This document shows positions 9,599 through 18,128 of a DNA stretch of 64,000 nucleotides, piece by piece (within the stretch, counting starts at the first letter, position 1; the number at the start of each line of letters is the position of its first letter). The notes beneath the pieces are model-generated. The model had not been told where the DNA came from. It was given only the letters and a program-made list of their open reading frames with translations, and did not search any database. The position numbers were made by a program, and so were the translations under genes. The stretch covers positions 169,537 to 233,536 of the forward strand of contig CAMYVW010000002.1 in NCBI GenBank assembly GCA_947302655.1. Reading direction: 5' to 3'. The DNA is from an uncultured Mycoplasmatota bacterium. GTDB lineage: Bacteria > Bacillota_I > Bacilli_A > RF39 > UBA660.

Positions 9599-10747
9599 AT
9601 GGATAAAATTACTCTTAAACAATTACTTAAAAATCCAGCTAATGTAATATTAGTTTTTATCTTTGTGATTAGCCTTTTTGTAGGTTCACTCTTTATCTTT
9701 AGAATTGTTTATCATAAAAATCCTGAAGCAACGATAGCTATGAAAGAACTTGATGATTCATTAATATATTATATTTCAAAAAGTAATGATGATTCTGATA
9801 AGAGAGTAGCTCTTATTTTAGATGGAAAAAATAAATTTAATCTAATTTTAAATAATGAACAAACTTCTGGTTTTACTGGTACTTATGTTCAAATTGATAA
9901 TACTATTTATTTATATACAAACTATTATTATAATGGTAAAGCTAAAAATGATTATAAAGTTTTAACATTAAGTATCTTAGATGACAGTACTCTAATTTTA
10001 AATTATTCCTTGAATAATATTGATAGTTATGAACTTGATAAAGTTAGTAGTAGTATGTTTAAATCAAACGGATTTAATAACTTATCTGTTAGTAGTAATC
10101 AATATATATATACTTATTTAGATAGTGATAACGAAACTATATCTAATAATATATATAGTTTGGATTCAATATATTCTGTTATAAAGTTTATAGATAGATA
10201 TGGTAGTTTTTTATCTGATAATTTACAAGATTATTTGTATAGCAGTAACATAACTAATAAGTATGGTATAAACCAAAATCAAATACTAAACTTTATAATT
10301 CCTAATATAAATGATGAGCATTTAAATACGGATATTATTAATAATTTTTCAAATAATATTTTTAAATCTAATATATCCTTTGATGATAAGTTAGAAATTT
10401 TAAGTAACGGTTATAAATATGTTCTTGATCAAAATAGATATGTAAAAAATCAAGATATTACTGATAATAAAATTAATAACGTTATTAAACGAATATATAA
10501 CTATCAAATGGTAGGGCAAAGATTAACAATTGATGAGATTTTAATAGCATATGAATGTAGTAATGATATTTGTAGATTCTATCCTTTTACTAATATTAAT
10601 GATGAAGAAAAAAACTATTATAATTTTACAACATCATCTATTGATATAGATAAAATATTATTAAATATTGATAAAATAAATCATTATACATGGACTTTTA
10701 ATAATGAAAATAATCAATTTTATTTTGAATCTTTAGAATTAAATTAA
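9599..10747 (+). CDS. Hypothetical Asn/Tyr/Ser-rich protein with N-terminal TM anchor
   Basis: An RBS AGAGGGTGA precedes the start. There is a single N-terminal TM helix. The protein is low complexity and N/Y-rich. It occupies the position of bpr between ftsZ and spoIIGA in Bacillus. Confidence 0.45.
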   Translation: MDKITLKQLLKNPANVILVFIFVISLFVGSLFIFRIVYHKNPEATIAMKELDDSLIYYISKSNDDSDKRVALILDGKNKFNLILNNEQTSGFTGTYVQIDNTIYLYTNYYYNGKAKNDYKVLTLSILDDSTLILNYSLNNIDSYELDKVSSSMFKSNGFNNLSVSSNQYIYTYLDSDNETISNNIYSLDSIYSVIKFIDRYGSFLSDNLQDYLYSSNITNKYGINQNQILNFIIPNINDEHLNTDIINNFSNNIFKSNISFDDKLEILSNGYKYVLDQNRYVKNQDITDNKINNVIKRIYNYQMVGQRLTIDEILIAYECSNDICRFYPFTNINDEEKNYYNFTTSSIDIDKILLNIDKINHYTWTFNNENNQFYFESLELN

Positions 10748-10767
10748 ATACCTAATATCGACATATA

Positions 10768-11592
10768 TTGCTTTATCAAAGTGTTAATATAACTTTGGTG
10801 ATAAAAGTGATAATATATGTCGATATTATTTTTTTAATTAATCTTATTTATGATTTTTTAATACTTAATGCAGTTAATATAGTTTTAAGAAGAAGAAAAA
10901 AGGTGAAGTGGATATTGATTTCATCTTTTTTTGGTTCTATATCTTCATTTAGTATTTTTTTTCCATTTTTAAATAATATTTATATAACTATATGTATAAG
11001 CATTTTAATGGTTCTTATTACGTTTGGATATAAAGATATTATATATTTAAAAAATAATTTATTATATTTTTATATGATAAGCATTATTTTTGGTGGTTTT
11101 TTATATTTAATAAATATTAAATTTAATCATTATTATGCCCCTAATGACATATATAAAACTAAAGTATTAATTAATTTCATTGGAATTATTATTATAAGCC
11201 CTATAATATATTTTCTTTATTTATATACATATAAAAATAATCAAATAAATCATAATAATTATTATGATTTAAAGTTTTCTTTAACAGATAAAGTATATTT
11301 TTTAAATGCTTTTTATGATACAGGGAATTTAATCAAAGATCCTTATAAAGGTAGACCAGTAATACTAATAAATAGAAAAGTTCTTGATGGAGATATAAAA
11401 AATAAAAGTCCTATTTTAGTTCCATGTAAAATGATTAATAATAGTTTATTAATTGAATGTTTTAAACCATCACTATTAGTTATTAATAATCATATAATTA
11501 ATAATTGTCTAATAGGTTTATGGGAAAATAATAATTTTTTTGATGGAGTAGATGCCGTAATTTCAGGATATATAGGAGATAAAATAAAATGA
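10768..11592 (+). CDS. spoIIGA: Sporulation sigma-E processing peptidase SpoIIGA
   Basis: It is a polytopic membrane aspartic protease with a DTGN motif (FYDTGNLIKDP). It overlaps sigE by ATGA. The true start is probably GTG at 10807 (VIIYVDIIFL..., aligning to B. subtilis MKIYLDVIWLL), preceded by GGTGA. Confidence 0.8.
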   Translation: MLYQSVNITLVIKVIIYVDIIFLINLIYDFLILNAVNIVLRRRKKVKWILISSFFGSISSFSIFFPFLNNIYITICISILMVLITFGYKDIIYLKNNLLYFYMISIIFGGFLYLINIKFNHYYAPNDIYKTKVLINFIGIIIISPIIYFLYLYTYKNNQINHNNYYDLKFSLTDKVYFLNAFYDTGNLIKDPYKGRPVILINRKVLDGDIKNKSPILVPCKMINNSLLIECFKPSLLVINNHIINNCLIGLWENNNFFDGVDAVISGYIGDKIK

Positions 11593-12269
11593 TTAAACAT
11601 ATAATAAATTTATTTAGAAAACTTTTTAATAAATGTTTCTTTTTAGGTAGTACTGATAAGCTTCCTCCACCTTTATCTAAAGAAGATGAAATTAAATACT
11701 TCCTTTTATTTCAAAATGGTGATGAAAAAGCAAAAGAGAAATTAATAGAGCATAATTTAAGATTAGTTGTTTTTATTGCAAAGAAGTATGAAACAACTGG
11801 TTATGATATAGAAGATTTGGTTAGTATTGGTTCTATTGGTTTAATAAAAGGAATTAATACTTATAAAGTTGATAAAAATATTAAACTTGCAACGTATGCA
11901 TCAAGATGTATTGCAAATGAAATACTTATGTATATTAGAAAGAATAAGAATAGAAAAGGTGAAATAAGTTTTGAAGATGCTCTTAACTATGATTCTGAAG
12001 GTAATGAACTACATCTTGAAGATATTTTAGGAACAGATGATAATATTGTACCTGATGAAATAATAAATAGATTTGATAGAATTAAACTAAAGGAAGAGAT
12101 TAATCTTTTGGATGAAAGAGATAAACAAATAATGATTATGAGATATGGTTTATTTAATACAAAAGAATATACACAAAAAGAAGTTGCTGATTTACTTGGA
12201 ATAAGTCAGTCATATATATCAAGAATTGAAAAGAAAGTTATAAATAAACTTAAAGTATCTATGGATTAA
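11589..12269 (+). CDS. sigE: Pro-sigma-E (RNA polymerase sporulation sigma factor E)
   Basis: An N-terminal pro-sequence is followed by sigma-70 regions 2 and 4. The gene lies directly downstream of spoIIGA. Confidence 0.85.
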   Translation: MIKHIINLFRKLFNKCFFLGSTDKLPPPLSKEDEIKYFLLFQNGDEKAKEKLIEHNLRLVVFIAKKYETTGYDIEDLVSIGSIGLIKGINTYKVDKNIKLATYASRCIANEILMYIRKNKNRKGEISFEDALNYDSEGNELHLEDILGTDDNIVPDEIINRFDRIKLKEEINLLDERDKQIMIMRYGLFNTKEYTQKEVADLLGISQSYISRIEKKVINKLKVSMD

Positions 12270-12282
12270 TGAATATTTTTTA

Positions 12283-12316
12283 TAAGGTCTTTCCATTATA
12301 TAAAAAGGAAAGGCTT
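12283..12316 (+). terminator. Weak intrinsic terminator between sigE and sigG
   Basis: A stem ctttcc/ggaaag with a 12-nt loop is followed by gcttttt. Confidence 0.3.
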
Positions 12317-12321
12317 TTTAT

Positions 12322-13098
12322 ATGAAAAATTATAAGGTAGAGATTAATAATTATGATACAAATAATATAAAGGTTTTAAAACAAGAAGAAATGATTGAAT
12401 TGTTTAAAAAATATCAGTCTGGAGATAAAGAAGCTAAAGATAGATTAGTTGAAGGTAATTTAAAACTTGTTTTAAGTTTAATTAAAAAATTTAATAATGG
12501 GAAACATAATATTGATGATTTATTTCAGGTTGGAGTTATCGGTTTAATTAAAGCAATTGATAATTTTGATCTATCATATAATCTTATGTTTTCAACATAC
12601 GCTGTTACTTTAATTAATGGAGAAATAAGAAGATTTATTCGTGATAATACTCCATTTAGAGTAAGTAGAAGTATTAAGGAATTATCCTATGATATTTTAG
12701 CTTTTAAAGAAGATTATATCAAACATAATGGAAGTGAACCATCTAATTATATAATTGCTAAATCACTTGATATTAGTGAATACATGGTGTCTTATGCTCT
12801 TGAGTCTTTAAGCCCTACAATTAGTATTTATGAACCAATTTATCAAGATTCTGGAGAAGCTATATATCTTTTAGATCAGCTTGCTGATCTAAAAGAAAGT
12901 AATTTTAATAAAGAAGATTTAATATCTTTATACGATGCTCTTTCTAAGTTAAAAGAAAGAGAAAAGGAAGTATTAGTTAATAGATATATTGTTGGCAAAA
13001 CACAAATGGAACTTGCAAAAGAATATAATATTAGTCAAGCTCAGGTATCTCGGATTGAAAAAAGTGCAATTCAAAGGGTTAAAAAATTAATTGATTAA
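12322..13098 (+). CDS. sigG: Sporulation sigma factor G
   Basis: A SigF/SigG-family sigma factor lies downstream of sigE, with an RBS AAAGGAAAGG. Confidence 0.85.
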   Translation: MKNYKVEINNYDTNNIKVLKQEEMIELFKKYQSGDKEAKDRLVEGNLKLVLSLIKKFNNGKHNIDDLFQVGVIGLIKAIDNFDLSYNLMFSTYAVTLINGEIRRFIRDNTPFRVSRSIKELSYDILAFKEDYIKHNGSEPSNYIIAKSLDISEYMVSYALESLSPTISIYEPIYQDSGEAIYLLDQLADLKESNFNKEDLISLYDALSKLKEREKEVLVNRYIVGKTQMELAKEYNISQAQVSRIEKSAIQRVKKLID

Positions 13099-13109
13099 TA
13101 TAATTAATT

Positions 13110-13346
13110 ATGGAGGTAGTTATGTTTTTGGGTGATTTACAAACTAAAGATGTTGTTAATATAAATGACGGAAAGAATCTTGGAAGAATTGCAGATGTAG
13201 AAATCGATTCTGAAGGAAAAATAGTTAATATACTAATTGAAAAAAGAAGATTTTTTAAGAAACTATTTAATTCATCTAACCAATATAATATTATGTTTAA
13301 AGAAATTAGTAAAATAGGTGATGACGTTATTTTAATTAATATATAA
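13110..13346 (+). CDS. YlmC/YmxH family PRC-barrel sporulation protein
   Basis: A 78-aa PRC-barrel-like protein (LGDLQTKDVVNINDGKNLGRI) sits downstream of sigG as in Bacillus. Confidence 0.65.
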   Translation: MEVVMFLGDLQTKDVVNINDGKNLGRIADVEIDSEGKIVNILIEKRRFFKKLFNSSNQYNIMFKEISKIGDDVILINI

Positions 13347-13363
13347 TTTATGTTATAATTAAC

Positions 13364-13837
13364 ATGGTGGATGAAATGAAGAAGAGAATTGTTTTTATTA
13401 TATTATTTATTTTTGGGTTAGATATATTATCTAAATATTTAGTTTTTAACCATGTTGAGTATGGCACTAGTAAAGTATTAATACCTAACTTTTTTGCTTT
13501 AGTTCCTGTAAAAAATACTGGTGCAGCTTTTTCCTTTTTTAGTAATAACAATTTAATTCTTATTTTAATATCAATACTTATTTTATTATATATTTTATAT
13601 ACATTAAAAAATTTAAAGTTAACTAAAACTACAACTATATCATATGGTCTTATCATTGGTGGAATTTTTGGTAATTTATATGACAGAATATTCTTACGTC
13701 ATGTAAGAGATTTTATATCATTGAAGTTTTATAAATGGGATTTTGCTATATTTAATATTGCTGATATAGCAATAGTAGTAGGCGCAATACTTTTATTTAT
13801 TTTAATGATTAGAGGAAAAATGAAGTATGATGATTAA
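13364..13837 (+). CDS. lspA: Lipoprotein signal peptidase (signal peptidase II)
   Basis: Conserved NTGAAFS and FNIADIAI motifs are present. The start is likely MKKRIV at 13376. Confidence 0.85.
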   Translation: MVDEMKKRIVFIILFIFGLDILSKYLVFNHVEYGTSKVLIPNFFALVPVKNTGAAFSFFSNNNLILILISILILLYILYTLKNLKLTKTTTISYGLIIGGIFGNLYDRIFLRHVRDFISLKFYKWDFAIFNIADIAIVVGAILLFILMIRGKMKYDD

Positions 13838-14720
13838 AAGTACTACTGAAGGAGAAAGAATAGATAAATATCTTTCTTTAAATACAGATTATTCTAGAGA
13901 ACTATTATCTAAGATGATAAAAGCGGGTTATGTTAAAGTAAATGGTAATACTATTAAACCTAGTTATAAAGTTTTAATCGATGATGAAATTGATATTGAT
14001 GAATCATTTAAAATTGAGAGCGATATTATGCCTGAAGACATTCCTTTTGAAATTTTATATGAAGATAATGATCTAATGGTTATAAATAAACCTAGTGGTT
14101 TAGTTGTTCATCCTGGAAATGGAAATCAAAATCATACTCTTGTTAATGCACTTATGTATCATAATAAAAGTTTAAGTGATATAGGTGGAGAAGAAAGACC
14201 TGGAATTGTTCACCGTATAGATAAAGATACAAGTGGAGTTATGCTTGTTGCAAAAACAAACAAATGTCATGAGCTTCTTGCTGAAGATTTTAAAAATAAA
14301 AAAGTAAAAAGAACTTATATAGCTCTTTTAAAAGGTGTATTTCCTCATCAAAGTGCAACTATAGATGCTCCAATTGGAAGAGATAAAAATAATCGTTTAA
14401 AAATGTGTGTGACTGCTGATAATAGCAAAAAAGCAGTTACACATTTAAAAGTAATTAAAAGATATAATAAATATACTCTTGTTAGTTTAGTTTTGGATAC
14501 TGGTAGAACACATCAAATACGTGTTCATACAGCTTATATTGGTTATCCTGTTTATAATGATCCAGTATATTCTCAAAGTGATGCAACGCCTTTTGGCCAG
14601 TTCTTACATTCAAGTGAAGTAGATTTTATTCATCCTATAACAGGTGATCATCTTCATTTTAGTGCACCACTTCCAAAAGAATTTCAAGATTTTATTGATA
14701 ATTTAGAAGAAGTATCTTAA
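13827..14720 (+). CDS. rluD: 23S rRNA pseudouridine synthase, RluA/RluD family with S4 domain
   Basis: The catalytic motif HRIDKDTSGVMLVAK and an N-terminal S4 RNA-binding region are present. The lspA-rluD pairing matches Bacillus. Confidence 0.85.
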   Translation: MMIKSTTEGERIDKYLSLNTDYSRELLSKMIKAGYVKVNGNTIKPSYKVLIDDEIDIDESFKIESDIMPEDIPFEILYEDNDLMVINKPSGLVVHPGNGNQNHTLVNALMYHNKSLSDIGGEERPGIVHRIDKDTSGVMLVAKTNKCHELLAEDFKNKKVKRTYIALLKGVFPHQSATIDAPIGRDKNNRLKMCVTADNSKKAVTHLKVIKRYNKYTLVSLVLDTGRTHQIRVHTAYIGYPVYNDPVYSQSDATPFGQFLHSSEVDFIHPITGDHLHFSAPLPKEFQDFIDNLEEVS

Positions 14721-15020
14721 AGTTCCATATAAAAAAATATATGTATTTAATAATAAAAACCATTTTAAAATGGTTTTTATTATTTTTATTTTAGTATCTT
14801 TCATATAAATATAAATAATAAATATCATTATAAATATTGTTAGAAGAGAAAGTGAAATAGAATTATATTTGAAATAAAACATTAATAAACCAACAAATAA
14901 AGTTATTATAGATGTGTAATCAAACAAGATATCATTATTTATTTTATTTAACTTTTTTATTTGGAATATATTTAGTAATAAGAATAATAAAATATATACG
15001 GTATATATAGTTAGTCTCAT
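14703..15020 (-). CDS. Small hydrophobic membrane protein (hypothetical)
   Basis: An excellent RBS AAAGAGGAG lies 5 nt before the ATG at 15020. The protein is very hydrophobic. Its 3' end reads through the palindromic terminator and overlaps the rluD end, so the call is uncertain. Confidence 0.35.
   Translation of the reverse strand: MRLTIYTVYILLFLLLNIFQIKKLNKINNDILFDYTSIITLFVGLLMFYFKYNSISLSLLTIFIMIFIIYIYMKDTKIKIIKTILKWFLLLNTYIFLYGTLRYFF
14755..14780. terminator. Bidirectional intrinsic terminator
   Basis: A palindrome aaaaaccatttt/aaaatggttttt is flanked by A-run and T-run. Confidence 0.55.
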
Positions 15021-15084
15021 ATTGGCTCCTCTTTACTAAATATATGATTTATAATATAATATTATTCTGTAAGGAGAGTTTAAT

Positions 15085-16227
15085 ATGGGTCTAATTATGA
15101 GTGATAAAGATGAAATAGTAATGTCACTTGTACACTATTTTATTACTGAAGAAAATTATACACCTATAATAGTTAAAGGTGCTAAAGACGAAATATGGCT
15201 TGAAAACTTAGATGGCCCATATCGCGTTGTTAGAATCAACTCTAATCATATTCATAATGAAGAACAATTTAATTATGACATTTTAAAAACAAAAGGTGTT
15301 TTAAAACAAATTAAGAAAAGAACATTTTCTATGTCCATGAACATATTAAATATATTTTTAGATGTTAATAAGTTACCTGATAGAGATATTAAAAATATGG
15401 ATATTATTACAATTGATTCTTTAAAAAATATTCCTGATAATAAAATACTTACGTCTGCTTTTAAGAAGATTAAAACTAATTTAAAAACAGAAGAAATTGA
15501 TCTTGATGAACTTATTCATAAAACTGAGGATGTTAATATTAAAACAGAAAAGAAAAATAAAGTATATGAAGATATTTTTAAACCTAAACAAATTATTGTA
15601 ACTAAGGTTTTAATGGCAATATGTATTTTTTATTTTATATACATATGTACCAAAACAAAAGGTGATTTAACAGCTTTAAATTTACTTGATTATGGTGCTA
15701 ATTATAAATCTTTTGTTCAAGGTGGAGAATGGTATAGATTATTTTCATGTATATTTATTCATGCATCATTTATTCATTTATTATTTAATATGTATGCTCT
15801 TAAAATTTTAGGTTATCAGCTAGAATCATATTTAGGTAAACTAAAGTTTACTATAGTATTTATTGTTAGCGGCCTTGTTGGAAGTTTACTTAGTGCTGTG
15901 CTTTCAAATGCAGTTAGTGTAGGTGCATCTGGAGCAATATTTGGTCTTTTAGGTTCTTACATTTATTTTGCATACAATTATAGGTTAGTGCTAGGTAATT
16001 CACTTAAAACTGATATAATTCCTGTTGTAATTATAAATTTACTTATAGGTATATTAGTTCCAGGTATTGATATTTTTGCACATATTGGAGGGCTTGTTGC
16101 AGGTTTATTTACTACTATGGCAATTGGAGTTCCTGGTAAGAAAAATAAAACTGCTTCTATAAATGGAACTATTTGTTTAATACTATTAGTAGGATTTTTA
16201 AGTTATTTATTATTTGTATATTTATAA
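15085..16227 (+). CDS. Rhomboid-family intramembrane serine protease with N-terminal cytoplasmic domain
   Basis: A GASGAIFGLLG serine motif and AHIGGLVAGL histidine motif are present, with six C-terminal TM helices. Confidence 0.85.
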   Translation: MGLIMSDKDEIVMSLVHYFITEENYTPIIVKGAKDEIWLENLDGPYRVVRINSNHIHNEEQFNYDILKTKGVLKQIKKRTFSMSMNILNIFLDVNKLPDRDIKNMDIITIDSLKNIPDNKILTSAFKKIKTNLKTEEIDLDELIHKTEDVNIKTEKKNKVYEDIFKPKQIIVTKVLMAICIFYFIYICTKTKGDLTALNLLDYGANYKSFVQGGEWYRLFSCIFIHASFIHLLFNMYALKILGYQLESYLGKLKFTIVFIVSGLVGSLLSAVLSNAVSVGASGAIFGLLGSYIYFAYNYRLVLGNSLKTDIIPVVIINLLIGILVPGIDIFAHIGGLVAGLFTTMAIGVPGKKNKTASINGTICLILLVGFLSYLLFVYL

Positions 16228-16232
16228 TAAAA

Positions 16233-16261
16233 AAAGTAATTAGATTTTCTAATTACTTTTT
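16233..16261. terminator. Bidirectional terminator between rhomboid (+) and lexA (-)
   Basis: A hairpin aagtaattag-attttc-taattactt is flanked by A-run and T-run. Confidence 0.6.
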
Positions 16262-16810
16262 TTAATACATTCTTGATACTTCAACAATTTTTCCAATTAT
16301 ATCTTCATTTAATGCATCAGATTTATTAATAAGTGTTTTAACTGTAATTGTTTCTTTATTAATTAAAAGAAGTTCATCAAATTTATTATATGATTTTTCT
16401 TTTGATACTATTAATATATCATTCTTTAAAAGGGTATCTGAAATATTTATGTTTAGTTTAATAGCAATAACTTCAACATTTTTTGGCATTCTTGATGCAG
16501 GGAAGTCAAAAGTACTATTAGTTTTCTTATAGGGAACACATGAATAAAGTGGTAGTTTTATAGCTTTAGTTTCATCAGTTTTAAATTCGTTTATTCCAAC
16601 AACTTCTAGCGTTCTAAACTTGGAATTAGTTTTTTTAATAAAACCATTTCTTTCTAATCTTTTAATGTGTGAATGAACTGAAGATGGACTATTTAGACCA
16701 ACACCTTTTGCTATTTCTCTAACTGCTGGTGGAAATCCATGCGTTGCAGTGTATTCTTTTATATAGTTTAAAACAAGTTCTTGTTTTTTTGTTAATTTGA
16801 TTTCTTTCAT
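16262..16810 (-). CDS. lexA: LexA-like SOS repressor
   Basis: The N-terminal winged-helix region (VREIAKGVGLNSPSSVHSHIKRLERNGFI) is followed by a C-terminal S24-like domain. Candidate Ser (NISD) and Lys (ITVKTL) positions are present but the motif is diverged. Confidence 0.75.
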   Translation of the reverse strand: MKEIKLTKKQELVLNYIKEYTATHGFPPAVREIAKGVGLNSPSSVHSHIKRLERNGFIKKTNSKFRTLEVVGINEFKTDETKAIKLPLYSCVPYKKTNSTFDFPASRMPKNVEVIAIKLNINISDTLLKNDILIVSKEKSYNKFDELLLINKETITVKTLINKSDALNEDIIGKIVEVSRMY

Positions 16811-16860
16811 AATGCTTCCCTCGAATGCACTTTATATTAACACCATGTTAGTGAAAAGTC

Positions 16861-16874
16861 AAACAAATGTTCAT
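16861..16874. promoter_or_regulatory. Candidate LexA (Cheo-type) operator in lexA promoter region
   Basis: AAACAAATGTTCAT matches GAAC-N4-GTTC in 7 of 8 core positions. A second, weaker copy AACACCATGTTA lies at about 16839. Confidence 0.4.
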
Positions 16875-16952
16875 GGTTTTGTGTAAATTTTTTCTATAAA
16901 TAATTTTATAAATGTTGTATAATTATTTTAGATTATAGATGGGAGATTTGCC

Positions 16953-18128
16953 ATGAAGATTTTGCTAACATCCGATACATACGAAAACCAGATTAATGGA
17001 GTATCTTGCTCTGTAATCACTTTAAGAGATGAACTTAGAAAAAAAGGACATGATGTTAGAGTTTTAACTCTTTCAAGTAATTCTGAATCTAAAATGGTTA
17101 AAACAGATTATTTAATTGGTTCTTTTTCAGTTCCTTTCTATCCTGATGCAAGACAAACTTTAAAATTTAAAGATAAAATAATAGATGATATAGTTAAATG
17201 GCATCCAGATATTATTCATATTCAAACCGAGTTTTCTATAGGACATGTTTCTAAAAAGATTGCTAAGCTTTGCAATTGCCCTTATATAAATACTAGTCAT
17301 ACTCTTTATGAAGATTACACAACTTATGTAATTCCAAGCAAAAAAATTGGAAGAGTACTAGCAAGAAAATTTGTTAAAAAATCATATCGTGATTCAGATG
17401 CTATTATAGCTCCAACTAATAAGATTAAAGATTTACTCGAAAGTTATGGTATTGAAAAACCTATTCATATAATACCAACTGGTATTGATCTTGATAGATT
17501 TAAAAAGAAACTATCTATGGTTGAAAGATCTAAAATCAAGTCACAATTAAAACTTAATAATAAATCAAAAATATTAGTTTCTATTGGTCGTGTTGCTAAA
17601 GAAAAGAACCTTGATGAAATTATTGAGTTCTTACCTGATTTAGTTGAAAAAGATAAAAACATTGTTTTATTAATTGGTGGAGATGGACCATATAAAAAGA
17701 ATATCGAACAAAAAGTTAAGAAACTTAAAATGGAAAAATATGTTAGATTTTTAGGTATGATTCCTCCTCAAGAAACTTATAAATATTATCAACTTGGTGA
17801 TATATTTGTTTGTGCATCTACAAGTGAAACACAGGGAATAACTTATATTGAAGCACTAGCATGTGGAACTCCACTTGTATGTAGATACGATAAGTGCTTA
17901 GATGGTGTAATTATTAATGACTTTAATGGTTATACATATACAAATAAAAAAGAATACATAAAATATATTTTTAAAATACTTGATAAAAAAGCTCTACATA
18001 AAAAACTAAAAGATAATGCTTTGGAATGTTCTATTAATTATTCTAAAGAAAAATTTAGTGATAATATTGAGAAATTATATTTAGATGTTATTGCTAAAAA
18101 GGGATGTGAGAATAGTGAAGGTAAATGA
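16953..18128 (+). CDS. GT4-family glycosyltransferase (likely glycolipid/diacylglycerol glycosyltransferase)
   Basis: GT-B fold motifs are present (GRVAKEKNLDEII; ETQGITYIEALACGTPLV). It is divergent from lexA and preceded by TGTATAAT. Confidence 0.75.
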   Translation: MKILLTSDTYENQINGVSCSVITLRDELRKKGHDVRVLTLSSNSESKMVKTDYLIGSFSVPFYPDARQTLKFKDKIIDDIVKWHPDIIHIQTEFSIGHVSKKIAKLCNCPYINTSHTLYEDYTTYVIPSKKIGRVLARKFVKKSYRDSDAIIAPTNKIKDLLESYGIEKPIHIIPTGIDLDRFKKKLSMVERSKIKSQLKLNNKSKILVSIGRVAKEKNLDEIIEFLPDLVEKDKNIVLLIGGDGPYKKNIEQKVKKLKMEKYVRFLGMIPPQETYKYYQLGDIFVCASTSETQGITYIEALACGTPLVCRYDKCLDGVIINDFNGYTYTNKKEYIKYIFKILDKKALHKKLKDNALECSINYSKEKFSDNIEKLYLDVIAKKGCENSEGK

